From positions 1 through 43,902 of the forward strand of contig CAZAKO010000005.1 in assembly GCA_964485745.1 (NCBI GenBank): a stretch of 43,902 bases of DNA. Reading direction: 5' to 3'. A program made the translations under genes and the position numbers. Positions 10,197 to 19,881 of the stretch are shown one piece after another. This stretch comes from an uncultured bacterium. Its GTDB lineage: Bacteria; Fidelibacterota; UBA2242. Position 1 is the first letter of the stretch. The number at the start of each line of letters is the position of its first letter. Below the pieces are notes generated by a model that was given only the letters and a program-made list of their open reading frames with translations, had not been told where the DNA came from and ran no database searches.

Positions 10197-12007
10197 TTTT
10201 CATCAACCTCGGCATACATACTATTAATTAACTGAGTGTAGCGCGATTCGACGATGTTCCGCCGAATTTTAAGTGAAGGTGTCAGTTCATCATCCTCAAT
10301 CGTAAATTCCTTAGCCAGGAGAGTGTATTTTTTGACCTTTTCAAATTGGGCGAAACCTTCCATTGATTCTTCAATCACCCGATCGTATAATCGTTTTACT
10401 TCAGGTAACTTGATCAACTCTTCGCGCGAATCCCATTGCAATCCCTTCTCGTTGGCATAAGCCTCCAGATTCGGGAACGAAGGTACGATTAAGGCTGAGA
10501 TAAATTTCTGCCTGTCACCAATAACCAGGATTTGCTCAATCCACTTGGAAGTCACCAGAACATTTTCCAGTGGTTGAGGTGCAACATTCTTGCCGCCGGA
10601 AGTGACGATGATATTCTTTTTCCGATCGGTTATCTTGAGATAATTTTCTTCATCCAGAAGTCCAATATCACCCGTATAAAACCAGCCATCATCGTCCATT
10701 ACCTCTTTGGTTGCCTCTTCATTTTTAAAGTAGCCTTTCATGACATGTGGTCCGCGGGTTAAAATTTCGCCATCATTAGCAATTTTTACCTCGACACCCG
10801 GAAGCACCGGTCCAACCGTACCAATTTTAGGTTTCTCAAGCGGATTGACCGAAATTACCGGAGAAGTTTCGGATAAACCGTACCCCTCTAAAATAGTAAT
10901 CCCGGCTGCCGCAAAAAATTCGGCAATCTCAGGCGACAGCGGGGCACCGCCTGAAACAAAGAAACGTAAGTGTCCGCCAATCCTCTCATGTAATTTTGAG
11001 AAGACCAATTTTTTGGCGATTGCCAATTTTGCATTTAACATTGAACCCAGCGGTTCATTTTTTAATTTCAGATTGACCGCCTTACGTCCATTATTAATTG
11101 CCCACCAGAAAAGCTTCTGCTTCACTGCCGAACCAGCCGAGATACTATCAATCACCTTAGCGTAAACTTTCTCATAAAAACGAGGCACTGCGGTCATCAG
11201 GGTTGGGTGTACTTCACGCATATTATCAGCCACGGTATTAATATTCTCGGCGTAATAGATTGTCGCTCCGACCGAGGTCGCCAGAAAATGACCTGCCATC
11301 CTTTCGAAACTATGACTCAAAGGTAAAAACGAAAGAAAGATATCATTTTCATCGGCAATTAGCACTTTCAAACCGGCTGAAATATTGGAAGTGAGGTTGC
11401 CATGAGTCAGCATGACTCCCTTAGGTTCGCCTGTTGTACCAGAAGTATAAATCAGGGTCAGGATATCATCTTTAGCGATATTCATGGCATGTTTTTCAAA
11501 TTCATGCGGATGCTTTTGGCGATATTCTTCACCTAATTCCAGCAGCGAGGTCAAGGCCATAATTTTTTCATGGGCAAACGGCGTATTATCCAGGATGATG
11601 ACTTTTTCGACCTTCTTCAACTCAGGTAATAGTGAAAGAACCTTTTCGCCCTGCTCCCGATCACCCGCAAAGATAAAGCGACATTCGGCATGCTGGGCAA
11701 TCCACCAGACCTGCTTAGCCGTCAGAGTCGGATAAATTGTGGCAACCACACCACGAGCACAGATTGTTCCATAGTCAGCCATTGCCCAGAGCTGGTTATT
11801 GGGGGAGATGATGCCTACCCGATCGCCCGATTTTAGTCCCAGTGATTTCAAGCCGGAAGAGATTTGCTCTACCGTATCCCGGACTTGTGCAAAAGTGATC
11901 GTCTTCCATTCATCCCTGACCTTAAAGCCAAAGGCTGCCTTATCGGCAAACTTTTTAGTAACGGTAATAAACATTTCCGAAATCGTTTGATAGTTAACTT
12001 CCGCCAT
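10193..12007 (-). CDS. Long-chain fatty acid-CoA ligase (AMP-dependent synthetase)
   Basis: YTSGTTGEPKGV, SGGAPL, EGYGLSET, TGDIG, DRKK. Likely start ATG 12007 behind an AGGGGAGAGG RBS. Confidence 0.93.
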   Translation of the reverse strand: MAEVNYQTISEMFITVTKKFADKAAFGFKVRDEWKTITFAQVRDTVEQISSGLKSLGLKSGDRVGIISPNNQLWAMADYGTICARGVVATIYPTLTAKQVWWIAQHAECRFIFAGDREQGEKVLSLLPELKKVEKVIILDNTPFAHEKIMALTSLLELGEEYRQKHPHEFEKHAMNIAKDDILTLIYTSGTTGEPKGVMLTHGNLTSNISAGLKVLIADENDIFLSFLPLSHSFERMAGHFLATSVGATIYYAENINTVADNMREVHPTLMTAVPRFYEKVYAKVIDSISAGSAVKQKLFWWAINNGRKAVNLKLKNEPLGSMLNAKLAIAKKLVFSKLHERIGGHLRFFVSGGAPLSPEIAEFFAAAGITILEGYGLSETSPVISVNPLEKPKIGTVGPVLPGVEVKIANDGEILTRGPHVMKGYFKNEEATKEVMDDDGWFYTGDIGLLDEENYLKITDRKKNIIVTSGGKNVAPQPLENVLVTSKWIEQILVIGDRQKFISALIVPSFPNLEAYANEKGLQWDSREELIKLPEVKRLYDRVIEESMEGFAQFEKVKKYTLLAKEFTIEDDELTPSLKIRRNIVESRYTQLINSMYAEVDEN

Positions 12008-12075
12008 TGTTCCTCTCCCCCTTATAAATATTTTTTGTTTTTCACCCGACAAGCCTTAATTTTAGCCTGCTTTTT

Positions 12076-12159
12076 GCCGAGGTGGTGAAATTGGTAGACG
12101 CAGCGGACTCAAAATCCGCCGGACCTTGGTCCATGGGGGTTCGATTCCCCCCCTCGGCA
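12076..12159 (+). tRNA. tRNA-Leu (anticodon CAA), long variable arm, CCA not encoded
   Basis: Acceptor GCCGAGG/CCTCGGC, D-loop TTGGTAGAC, anticodon arm GCGGA-CTCAAAA-TCCGC, variable arm GGACC-TT-GGTCC, T-arm GGGGG-TTCGATT-CCCCC. Confidence 0.97.
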
Positions 12160-12231
12160 CGTATCAATTCTTAGACTCTGCTTGTATCCCACCCTCAGTA
12201 ATTGTCTGAAATTAACAATCTGAATTAAATG

Positions 12232-13563
12232 TTAATCTGATTGGATCTTCGATAGAACCATCTCAGCTCGATTAACTTCCTCGGGAAATTTGGAATAATT
12301 CTGCGCCACTTTCTTCAATTCTTCAACGGCTCGTTCTTTATTCCCCATCCTCAAATAACAATATCCCAAGCGGAGCTGAGCATAAGCCTCTTTATTGCGA
12401 TTACCCAGCCCAAAAACCTGTTGATATACCTGCAGGGCTTCCTGATAACGACCTTGGTAGTACAACGCTTCACCAATCCAAAATTGGGCATTATCCGCCA
12501 GCGAATGTCTTTTATCAATCTGGAGAATTTCATCAAAGATGTCAATTGACTCATTATACCGCTTTTGCTCGAAAAGCGCTATTGCTTTATCATATAATTT
12601 CTGCTGAATACTTAGTGATGCTGAGGAGGTATCGGCAGCAGGCTTCACCTTGGGAGCCGCAGTGGATATTGTTTTAGTATCCATATACTGTGAGTAAGGA
12701 TTGTTGCGCAGTTCTCCATAGAATAGTTCGAAAGAGACCCGTTGGTTCAACATGCGTCGTGCATTAATGGGTGATTCAACCAATAACTCCGCCGAACCCA
12801 CCGGATTTATCTCAATCCGCTCGGCAATTTCCTCTCGCTGATCATGAGAAAATAGCTCAATTAACAATTTCCCAAAAGTAAGCGCTCTTTTCTGGGCAAT
12901 TTGATACTCTGATTGAGTATCACCCTTATTATCAGTGTAGGCCGAAATCCTGATTTTGATTTCCGGATCGGCTTTCAGGGCTTTGACTAATTTGCCAAGT
13001 GTGACATAAAAGTTAGAATTAAAACTCGAACTGGGCATAGCCCACTCATCGGAGTTAAAATAGATATCGTCAAAAGCTAAATTCTGAAGGACAAGTTCTT
13101 TTGCAGGTCCCAATTCCGGAGAAGTTTGAACCGGAACCTCCCGGGGTTTCGCTGGCGCCGGAGTGATCTGGGGTGTACTGACAACCACTTCGGGCTGACT
13201 AACAACCGTTGCTGGCGGCGCTTTGACTGCCACAGTATCAATAGCTTTCGATGTATCAGCCACTAATTTGGTAGTGTCTGCCAAGGGAACCTTGACCTCG
13301 GCTTTGACCTGAGTCGGGGCAACCGGAACGGGTTTGGGTATCGCAGCAGCTACTGCGGTCGGTTTGGCAGCGGTAACAATTTTCTGAGGCGGAATCTTAG
13401 TCGGTAAAGATTCCGGATTAATGACCGGTCTTTCGCCTTCCTGCTGAACCAGACGACGTGCAATATCATCCTCAGTAACCCCGCCAACCTGAACAGTCTC
13501 TTTTACTCCTCCACAATTAAGCCAGAGAAAACTACATGAAATTATCAAAATTAACTGTTTCAT
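12232..13563 (-). CDS. Lipoprotein with Pro/Ala/Val/Thr-rich linker, OmpA/Pal-like domain and C-terminal CpoB/YbgF-like TPR domain
   Basis: Signal ending FLWLN-C; DIYFNSDEW...ISAYTDNKG...AQKRA...NQRV; LADNAQFWIGEALY, AQLRLGYCYLRMG. Confidence 0.8.
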   Translation of the reverse strand: MKQLILIISCSFLWLNCGGVKETVQVGGVTEDDIARRLVQQEGERPVINPESLPTKIPPQKIVTAAKPTAVAAAIPKPVPVAPTQVKAEVKVPLADTTKLVADTSKAIDTVAVKAPPATVVSQPEVVVSTPQITPAPAKPREVPVQTSPELGPAKELVLQNLAFDDIYFNSDEWAMPSSSFNSNFYVTLGKLVKALKADPEIKIRISAYTDNKGDTQSEYQIAQKRALTFGKLLIELFSHDQREEIAERIEINPVGSAELLVESPINARRMLNQRVSFELFYGELRNNPYSQYMDTKTISTAAPKVKPAADTSSASLSIQQKLYDKAIALFEQKRYNESIDIFDEILQIDKRHSLADNAQFWIGEALYYQGRYQEALQVYQQVFGLGNRNKEAYAQLRLGYCYLRMGNKERAVEELKKVAQNYSKFPEEVNRAEMVLSKIQSD

Positions 13564-13635
13564 CAACTCATCCCTCACAGTATAGACACACCCAATATTG
13601 CTCCTTACTACTATTAGCGGACTGTAATTTAACGA

Positions 13636-14139
13636 TTACTTTTTCTTTTCTGGTGGAGGAGTTTCGAGTATTTTCACCCGCTTTTCCAGTTCATCTTTCT
13701 CGCGACTCACCCGGCTAAGGGCAGTTTGGATGTCGGTAAGTGTCCGATTAGTCTGTCGCTGAAACTGGGTCAAGCGCTCGGAAGTTTCATCCTGATCCCG
13801 TTTCAAAATCGCCAGTTGATTATCAGTATTACTTTGTAATTCTCGGATTAATAAGCCCAGTGAATCTACCTTAACATCGAAGCGTCTTGCATTCTGTTCC
13901 AGGTCTTGCCTGATAAGACTTAAATCCCTTTGAAATTGTTGAATATGTTTGCCACGACCGATAAACTGGAGCTCTAAATCATTCAAATTGTGGTCAAATT
14001 CAGTGATTCTAACCACATGCGTAGAATCCTGTGCATTGAGATAATCCATGCGCAGATTCAGTTTATTGACAACCAAGGCAAAATACACTGCAACGACGAT
14101 AAGTGCCACTAAAACAATCGTTCTAATAATCTCTTTCAT
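13636..14139 (-). CDS. Membrane-anchored coiled-coil hypothetical protein
   Basis: N-terminal TM followed by long heptad-like helix; GGGAG RBS before ATG 14139. Confidence 0.75.
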   Translation of the reverse strand: MKEIIRTIVLVALIVVAVYFALVVNKLNLRMDYLNAQDSTHVVRITEFDHNLNDLELQFIGRGKHIQQFQRDLSLIRQDLEQNARRFDVKVDSLGLLIRELQSNTDNQLAILKRDQDETSERLTQFQRQTNRTLTDIQTALSRVSREKDELEKRVKILETPPPEKKK

Positions 14140-14192
14140 GCACAACTCCCAAATTTATTTATCAATTTTCCTTTCCCAAATGGTAATTCAAA

Positions 14193-14507
14193 TCAGGTCT
14201 GTGGTGGATTACTGACTTCGGAGCTGCTAACTTGCCGATTCTTATTTGCAGCTTCGCGTGAATCCGAAAAGAAAGCAGCATCGGATTGGTTCTTACCCGC
14301 CGTCTTACTTATCTTTATTTGATTAATTAGCTCCTGGACATCTTGATGAAACTGGACAACCGTTTTTTCCAAACGACGAATCAACTCTTCCATCAGCTCT
14401 TTCCCATAAATATTATTGATCCCTTGCAGCAGATCGTCAAATTTTGACAGAAGATAGGCTCGGCGGTTTTCCGCATTGCCAAAATCAGTTAAAATTTCAG
14501 CTGGCAT
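14193..14507 (-). CDS. Hypothetical helical protein
   Basis: 104 aa ORF, GAGGA RBS, upstream TTGATA-N16-TAAATT. Confidence 0.7.
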   Translation of the reverse strand: MPAEILTDFGNAENRRAYLLSKFDDLLQGINNIYGKELMEELIRRLEKTVVQFHQDVQELINQIKISKTAGKNQSDAAFFSDSREAANKNRQVSSSEVSNPPQT

Positions 14508-14585
14508 AATTTGAATTCCTCTTCTTAATCAGCATTTTGGAATTTACGAAACTGATTGTAATTATCAATGTTTTTTGAAATAAAA

Positions 14586-14771
14586 CTACCATCTCTCACT
14601 CTTAAAGGTTTCCCATTTATCTATATCTTTGAGGATCAGACGACAAATACTGCGTACGGCAGAAGTCAATTTGATTTCGACACTGGGTTTGTCAGAGACC
14701 AACTTTTGCAGCACACTTTTAAATTCGAGTAATTCACTCCGGTCTACCTCAATACTTAATCTTGTTAACAT
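14586..14771 (-). CDS. Small hypothetical protein, possibly ribbon-helix-helix-like
   Basis: Strong GAGGAG RBS; RLSIEV strand followed by helices. Confidence 0.6.
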   Translation of the reverse strand: MLTRLSIEVDRSELLEFKSVLQKLVSDKPSVEIKLTSAVRSICRLILKDIDKWETFKSERW

Positions 14772-14824
14772 TTCTCACTCCTCAACCCTCTTAAAAAATT
14801 AGTCGTAATTTGATAATTTCGGAC

Positions 14825-15832
14825 TCACTGTACAATAGCTATTTTTACTCCACAAGAGCATCTATTTCCCTTAAGATTATTCCGTAGCACCCTAAATCCA
14901 TCCCGTTCAATCAATAACTTTCCACAATTATAACAGTAGGTCGCATCTTCTCGGTCGGAGAGCACATTACCTTCATAAACATAGTGCAAACCCTGGTTGC
15001 GGGCAATCATCCGAGCGCGATCCAGAGTTGCCTTGGGGGTTCGGTTGAGATGCCGCAGGTGGTAGTCAGGGTGGAAGGCTGAAAAATGGAGTGGCGTATC
15101 CAAGCCTAAATGATCGGCAATCCAGCGAGTCAGCTGCTCAATTTCTGGGTCACTATCGTTTAAGTCGGGAATGAGCAAGGTAGTAACCTCCAGCAAGGTA
15201 CCGATGGACTTGATCCTTTCGATTGCCTCCAGTACCGGTTTTAACTGACCCTGGCAATAGCGCCGGTAAAAATTTTCGGAGAAAGACTTCAAATCAATAT
15301 TAGCCGCATCAATCAAAGGATAAATATCGTCAATCGCCTGAGCAGTGATATAACCATTGCTGACCATCACCGTTTTAAGTCCAGACTGATGCGCCAGTGT
15401 GGCAATATCTAACACATACTCCCCAAAAATAGTGGGCTCATTATAAGTAAAGGCGACCCCGATACTGCCCGCTTGTTGCGCAATTTTAATCACCGCTTCG
15501 GGAGTGATTTCCCGACGGGCAGCTTGATCCGGTTTCGCCCGCGAAATATCCCAGTTCTGACAGAACTCACAGGCTAAATTGCAGCCAATAGTCCCGATTG
15601 ACAATATCTGCGAACCCGGATAAAAATGATACAGCGGTTTTTTTTCGATCGGATCAAGATTCACAGCTATCGGGTGGTTATAAGCCAGGGTCAGCAGGGT
15701 CATGGATTCGTTCTTCCGTACATTACAAAAGCCATAATGTCCCTCGGCAATGAGACAGCGTCGCGGGCAAAGAAAACATTCAATGCCTTTCGGCTGTTTT
15801 TGCCACCAGCGTGCCACCTGCATAATGATCAT
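14825..15832 (-). CDS. amrS: AmmeMemoRadiSam system radical SAM enzyme
   Basis: N-terminal CFLCPRRC..G.C.VR, DPIEKKPLYHF.PG, CNLACEFCQNWDIS, FTYNEPT, C-terminal CYNCG..LIER. Confidence 0.92.
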   Translation of the reverse strand: MIIMQVARWWQKQPKGIECFLCPRRCLIAEGHYGFCNVRKNESMTLLTLAYNHPIAVNLDPIEKKPLYHFYPGSQILSIGTIGCNLACEFCQNWDISRAKPDQAARREITPEAVIKIAQQAGSIGVAFTYNEPTIFGEYVLDIATLAHQSGLKTVMVSNGYITAQAIDDIYPLIDAANIDLKSFSENFYRRYCQGQLKPVLEAIERIKSIGTLLEVTTLLIPDLNDSDPEIEQLTRWIADHLGLDTPLHFSAFHPDYHLRHLNRTPKATLDRARMIARNQGLHYVYEGNVLSDREDATYCYNCGKLLIERDGFRVLRNNLKGNRCSCGVKIAIVQ

Positions 15833-15853
15833 CCCTTTACCATTTTCCGGTCT

Positions 15854-15882
15854 AAACTAATCAATCAATTGCCCTTTGTCAA
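15854..15882 (-). promoter_or_regulatory. Candidate sigma70 promoter for amrS
   Basis: Minus strand reads TTGACA-N17-TAGTTT. Confidence 0.6.
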
Positions 15883-16021
15883 TATACTATTCATCAATCG
15901 GTTTACCATTACAATAATCCGAGTCCATGCACCTTATTCGATAGATTGGAACTTTTTTATCTTTTTATGTATTAGTTTGATTAGTTAAATTGGTCGTGGT
16001 CAAGTTAGGAGATGAAGAACA

Positions 16022-16282
16022 ATGGCTAAAGTAAAAAAGGAAACTTCGAAAAAGACCCCTTTTATCGAATATCTGACTTTTAAAAATATTAACTACCTGA
16101 TTTTTGGTGTGGCAATTGTGGTAATTATTATTGGCTACCTGATCATGGCAAAAGGCGAGACTTATTCATTCCAATCATTGACCCTCGCCCCGATAATTCT
16201 ACTAATTGGTTATTTGGTAATTGTCCCGATTGCTATTCTTTATCGAAAAAAGGATAAGTCTGCTCAAAATTCGACAAAATAA
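16022..16282 (+). CDS. DUF3098-like two-TM membrane protein
   Basis: F..INY..FG....IIIGY.IM...TLAPIILLIGY...P.AI pattern; AGGAG RBS. Confidence 0.8.
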   Translation: MAKVKKETSKKTPFIEYLTFKNINYLIFGVAIVVIIIGYLIMAKGETYSFQSLTLAPIILLIGYLVIVPIAILYRKKDKSAQNSTK

Positions 16283-16356
16283 TCCCCCGTATGTCCTAAG
16301 CTGACAGGGCATTCAAATACTCGTTTTAAAAATATATTTAGTGCTAATAACTAAGT

Positions 16357-16656
16357 TTATTCCGACTTATTGGAAGCGGATTTACTCGGCTTGGAGGTAG
16401 TCTCAACTTTGGATTTATCTGCCGAACTGACTGCTGCCGGTTCGACTTTTTCCTTTGGTAAATTTTTAGATTTCCTGGAATAATCCGTAATATAGAAGCC
16501 GGAACCCTTGAAAATCAGTCCGCTCCCACCGCTAATTTTACGCGTTACCGCCTTCTGATGACAGCGTGGACAGATATCAATCGGCGCAGAGCTAATACTC
16601 TGAAAAGCTTCAAACTCATATTGACAGTGTTGACAGCGGTATTCATAGGTTGGCAT
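16357..16656 (-). CDS. FmdB-family zinc ribbon protein
   Basis: MPTYEYRCQHC...FE..Q...CPRC...FKGSGFYITDY and a low-complexity tail. Confidence 0.92.
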   Translation of the reverse strand: MPTYEYRCQHCQYEFEAFQSISSAPIDICPRCHQKAVTRKISGGSGLIFKGSGFYITDYSRKSKNLPKEKVEPAAVSSADKSKVETTSKPSKSASNKSE

Positions 16657-16670
16657 ATTCAATGCTCAAA

Positions 16671-17654
16671 TTATGCCAGGTTACAAAGAATCGCAACGAC
16701 ATTGACAATATCTGCGATACTGCAACCACGGGAAAGATCATTCATCGGTTTTTTCAATCCCTGGATAATAGGTCCGATTGCGGCACAACCCCCGATACGC
16801 TGAGCTAATTTATAGCCGATATTGCCGGATTGAAGATCCGGAAAAATCAAAACATTGGCATTGCCAGCGATGGGACTATTAGGTGCTTTCTTAGCACCGA
16901 CTGCCGGAACAATTGCCGCATCCAATTGTAATTCTCCATCAATTACCAGATCGGGACGTCGTTGTTTGACAATCTCGGTAGCCCGAATCACTTTATCTAC
17001 TAACTGATGTTGAGCACTGCCCTTGGTCGAGAAAGAGAGCATGGCAATGCGGGGCTCGACTTTGATAACTTTCCGATGGGTTTCGGCGGACGCTATAGCT
17101 ATATCGGCTAACTGTTCAGCACTCGGTTCGGGCAACACGGCACAGTCGGCAAAACTCCAGATGCTCTGCTCATCCGCAGAAATCATAAAAAAATCACTTG
17201 ATACGGTTGGAGAGTTGGGATCAGTCCCAATAATATGAAGTGCCGCCCTTAACACATCACCGGTGGTAGTAGCGGCTCCCGACACACAGCCATCAGCCAG
17301 CCCATGAGCAACCATCATTGCCCCAAAAAAAGTCGGATTGAGCATTATTTTTGCCGCCTGGTCAGGAGTAATCCCTTTATGTTTGCGCTTCTCGTAATAG
17401 GAGGCGACGAAAGAATCCCGATATTCCGAAGTTTCAGGTTGGACGATTGTGATACCATCCAGCGCAATTTTAAGTTGATTGGCATGCTGTCGGATAACCG
17501 CTTCCGATCCGATCAAAATCACCGTGGCAATTTTTTCGGCAGTTAACTGGGCTGCCGCTTGAAGAATGCGCTCATCATGAGCCTCGGGTAGAACAATCCG
17601 CTTAGCTGCACTCCGGGCTTGAATGCGTATCTGCTCGAGTAGTTGCATAGTCAT
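16671..17654 (-). CDS. pta: Phosphate acetyltransferase (short form)
   Basis: [54 protein letters not shown]. Confidence 0.95.
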   Translation of the reverse strand: MTMQLLEQIRIQARSAAKRIVLPEAHDERILQAAAQLTAEKIATVILIGSEAVIRQHANQLKIALDGITIVQPETSEYRDSFVASYYEKRKHKGITPDQAAKIMLNPTFFGAMMVAHGLADGCVSGAATTTGDVLRAALHIIGTDPNSPTVSSDFFMISADEQSIWSFADCAVLPEPSAEQLADIAIASAETHRKVIKVEPRIAMLSFSTKGSAQHQLVDKVIRATEIVKQRRPDLVIDGELQLDAAIVPAVGAKKAPNSPIAGNANVLIFPDLQSGNIGYKLAQRIGGCAAIGPIIQGLKKPMNDLSRGCSIADIVNVVAILCNLA

Positions 17655-18130
17655 TTCCTCAGCTTTTTAATCAATTCTTTTTCGACAATTTCCGGTACGA
17701 ATTCAGTAACATTGCCGCCGAAGCGTACCAATTCCCGAACTGTACTGGAACTCAGGTAGGTATAATTTTCATGCGGCATAAAAAAAACCGTATCAATGTT
17801 ATCATCCATGTGACGATTCATTAAAGCCATCTGAAATTCATAGTCGAAGTCGGATATCGCCCGCAGTCCTCGGATGATCACCAAAGCCCCAACCTTCCGC
17901 GCAAAATCCACTGCCAAGCCGTCGAATTGCTCGATCTTCACATTTGCATAATCTTTGATGCAGGCTTGGATCATCCGGATGCGCTCTTCGATCGTAAAGA
18001 GCGGATTTTTATGAAGGTTATGAGCAACCGCAATATAGACCAGCTCAAAAACCGATGCTGCTCGAGCCAATATATCGAGATGACCGTTGGTCACCGGATC
18101 GAAGGTTCCCGGGTAAATCGCAATCTTCAC
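17651..18130 (-). CDS. coaD: Pantetheine-phosphate adenylyltransferase
   Basis: [32 protein letters not shown]. Confidence 0.97.
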   Translation of the reverse strand: MKIAIYPGTFDPVTNGHLDILARAASVFELVYIAVAHNLHKNPLFTIEERIRMIQACIKDYANVKIEQFDGLAVDFARKVGALVIIRGLRAISDFDYEFQMALMNRHMDDNIDTVFFMPHENYTYLSSSTVRELVRFGGNVTEFVPEIVEKELIKKLRK

Positions 18131-18655
18131 TCAACTCTCCCAAAAATATAAAACTGTTTCACCAATTTTCTTTTGAGCCATCATCCGGTGCTTCAGAATA
18201 TCGGGCAGCTCCAAATCGCGGCTGGCTTCCAAAGCAATTCGAATACCACCCGGAAGCTTCTGCAATGCTTGAAATAACTGCTCAAAATAGTGATAATTAT
18301 AAGGCGGATCGGCTAAAATTAAATCTAATTCCGGAGCCGAACTCAGAAATCGCAGGACATTGGTACGTTTAATATCCACCATCTCTGCGACGTCCAGAGC
18401 CTTAACATTTACCCGAATTAATGCCACTTGTCGTAAATCTTTCTCAACCATAATACAGTGCTGGGCTCCCCGCGAAAGCGCTTCCAAGCCCAAATTACCC
18501 GACCCGGCATACAGATCTGCGACCCGGTAATCCTCAATCTTACCCAGTACCGCAAACATGGTCTCTTTGACTCGATCCTGAGTTGGTCTTAAAGCAGGAT
18601 TTCGGTTTGTTTTTAAAATGCGACCCTTGTAGTAGCCCGAAATAATTCGCACCAT
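18131..18655 (-). CDS. rsmD: 16S rRNA (guanine966-N2) methyltransferase
   Basis: RIISG..KGR, RPT.DRVKE, DLYAGSG.LGLEALSRGA, DPPY; usual adjacency to coaD. Confidence 0.93.
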   Translation of the reverse strand: MVRIISGYYKGRILKTNRNPALRPTQDRVKETMFAVLGKIEDYRVADLYAGSGNLGLEALSRGAQHCIMVEKDLRQVALIRVNVKALDVAEMVDIKRTNVLRFLSSAPELDLILADPPYNYHYFEQLFQALQKLPGGIRIALEASRDLELPDILKHRMMAQKKIGETVLYFWES

Positions 18656-18657
18656 TA

Positions 18658-19881
18658 TTACATTTTAGCAGGGTATAAAATCGTATTTAGGTTATAATTC
18701 AACTGCGTTGCGAGGATATTTTGATTAAGGGTATTAGTGATGGAAATAACACTGATTTCCATATTATCCCGAATAGTGCCTAATTCACTCAGAAATTGGA
18801 TAACATTATTGGTTGAGCCGGTGCCAGTGAGACCGGCTTGGCGAACAACTGTATTATCGCGACTGGAAATTTGGAGGGGCTCCATGCTGACACTGGAATT
18901 CAAACCGGCCTGCCAGATGTATTGTGACAGTAGCAGATCGTCAAAATATTTATATCCCTTTTGATCCTCGCAGGGTGGGATTCCAAATTTCACAATTGCC
19001 ATAATTTCTACGGGATTATTGGCAACTTTATTAGAACGCTCAACAAAATAGACTTCCGGAGGTAAGAAGCGCCGATTACCTAAAATAGAAGATTTAATCT
19101 GCTGTGCCTGGGTTTCACTGGCTACATAGAGAATAAAACTGACTTTATCATCTTTTACCCTAATATACTGCAGTTGTGAGTTACTCGGGAAACTGGCTAA
19201 GACTTCGGCGCAAACCTGTAACCGTTGTTGCCCCTGATAAACGCGACTGATAAAATCAGCACTAATTTGACTCGCTCCATAATAGCGCTCAGGGGGTTGG
19301 ATTGGCTCCTGTCCAACTGGCGGCTGCGCTGTTGGTGGTTGAACCGCTTCCAATACCAAGGGTTCCTCTTTTTCAGCCAGATTATCAACGATATCAACTG
19401 TCTGATCCGGGATTTTATCAGTTTCAGCGGTAATAGATTGCTCGGTCTTGGATGCCAATTGTTTCATATCTTTTTTAGAAAACATCCCCTGCCGATAAGC
19501 CCAGACACCATAAACTATCGCAGCCACGAGGATTAGATACAAAGCATAACGCAATACGGGACGAATACTTCGCCGCCGCACAGCCTCACCTTTTTCGAGT
19601 TTTTTAGCCTGTTTCTTATCAATTGTTCCAAATTCTTCCTTTTCTGCCTGCTCAATCAAATCAAGATTCGCCTCGGCTAACTTGAATAAATCTTCATCAA
19701 CCTTAGGTGTTGGCGGCGGAGTCTCAGACGGACGAGATTTACCAGCTGCAACCGCTTCTACAGCCGGAGTCTCAGCTGCCTCCTGAACCAGCTGGTCCAA
19801 GACCAATCCCTCAAGATCAAACTGGGGAGCAATTTCTACTTCCTGTAAACCAGGGATATTGGTTAGGTTTAAACGGATCAT
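18658..19881 (-). CDS. Single-TM protein with PilN-like and PilO-like periplasmic domains (putative fusion)
   Basis: Starts MIRLNL (PilN INLL-like); acidic linker; one TM; two ferredoxin-like patterns; ATGA overlap with the PilM-like gene. Confidence 0.55.
   Translation of the reverse strand: MIRLNLTNIPGLQEVEIAPQFDLEGLVLDQLVQEAAETPAVEAVAAGKSRPSETPPPTPKVDEDLFKLAEANLDLIEQAEKEEFGTIDKKQAKKLEKGEAVRRRSIRPVLRYALYLILVAAIVYGVWAYRQGMFSKKDMKQLASKTEQSITAETDKIPDQTVDIVDNLAEKEEPLVLEAVQPPTAQPPVGQEPIQPPERYYGASQISADFISRVYQGQQRLQVCAEVLASFPSNSQLQYIRVKDDKVSFILYVASETQAQQIKSSILGNRRFLPPEVYFVERSNKVANNPVEIMAIVKFGIPPCEDQKGYKYFDDLLLSQYIWQAGLNSSVSMEPLQISSRDNTVVRQAGLTGTGSTNNVIQFLSELGTIRDNMEISVISITNTLNQNILATQLNYNLNTILYPAKM

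Noticed and set aside
12076-14771. tRNA-Leu as an integration site for an island
   Set aside because: No integrase, no duplicated tRNA 3' end seen, and downstream genes have host-like composition
16340-16347. AGTGCTAA resembling a CIRCE half-site
   Set aside because: No matching left arm, and it lies between convergent gene ends
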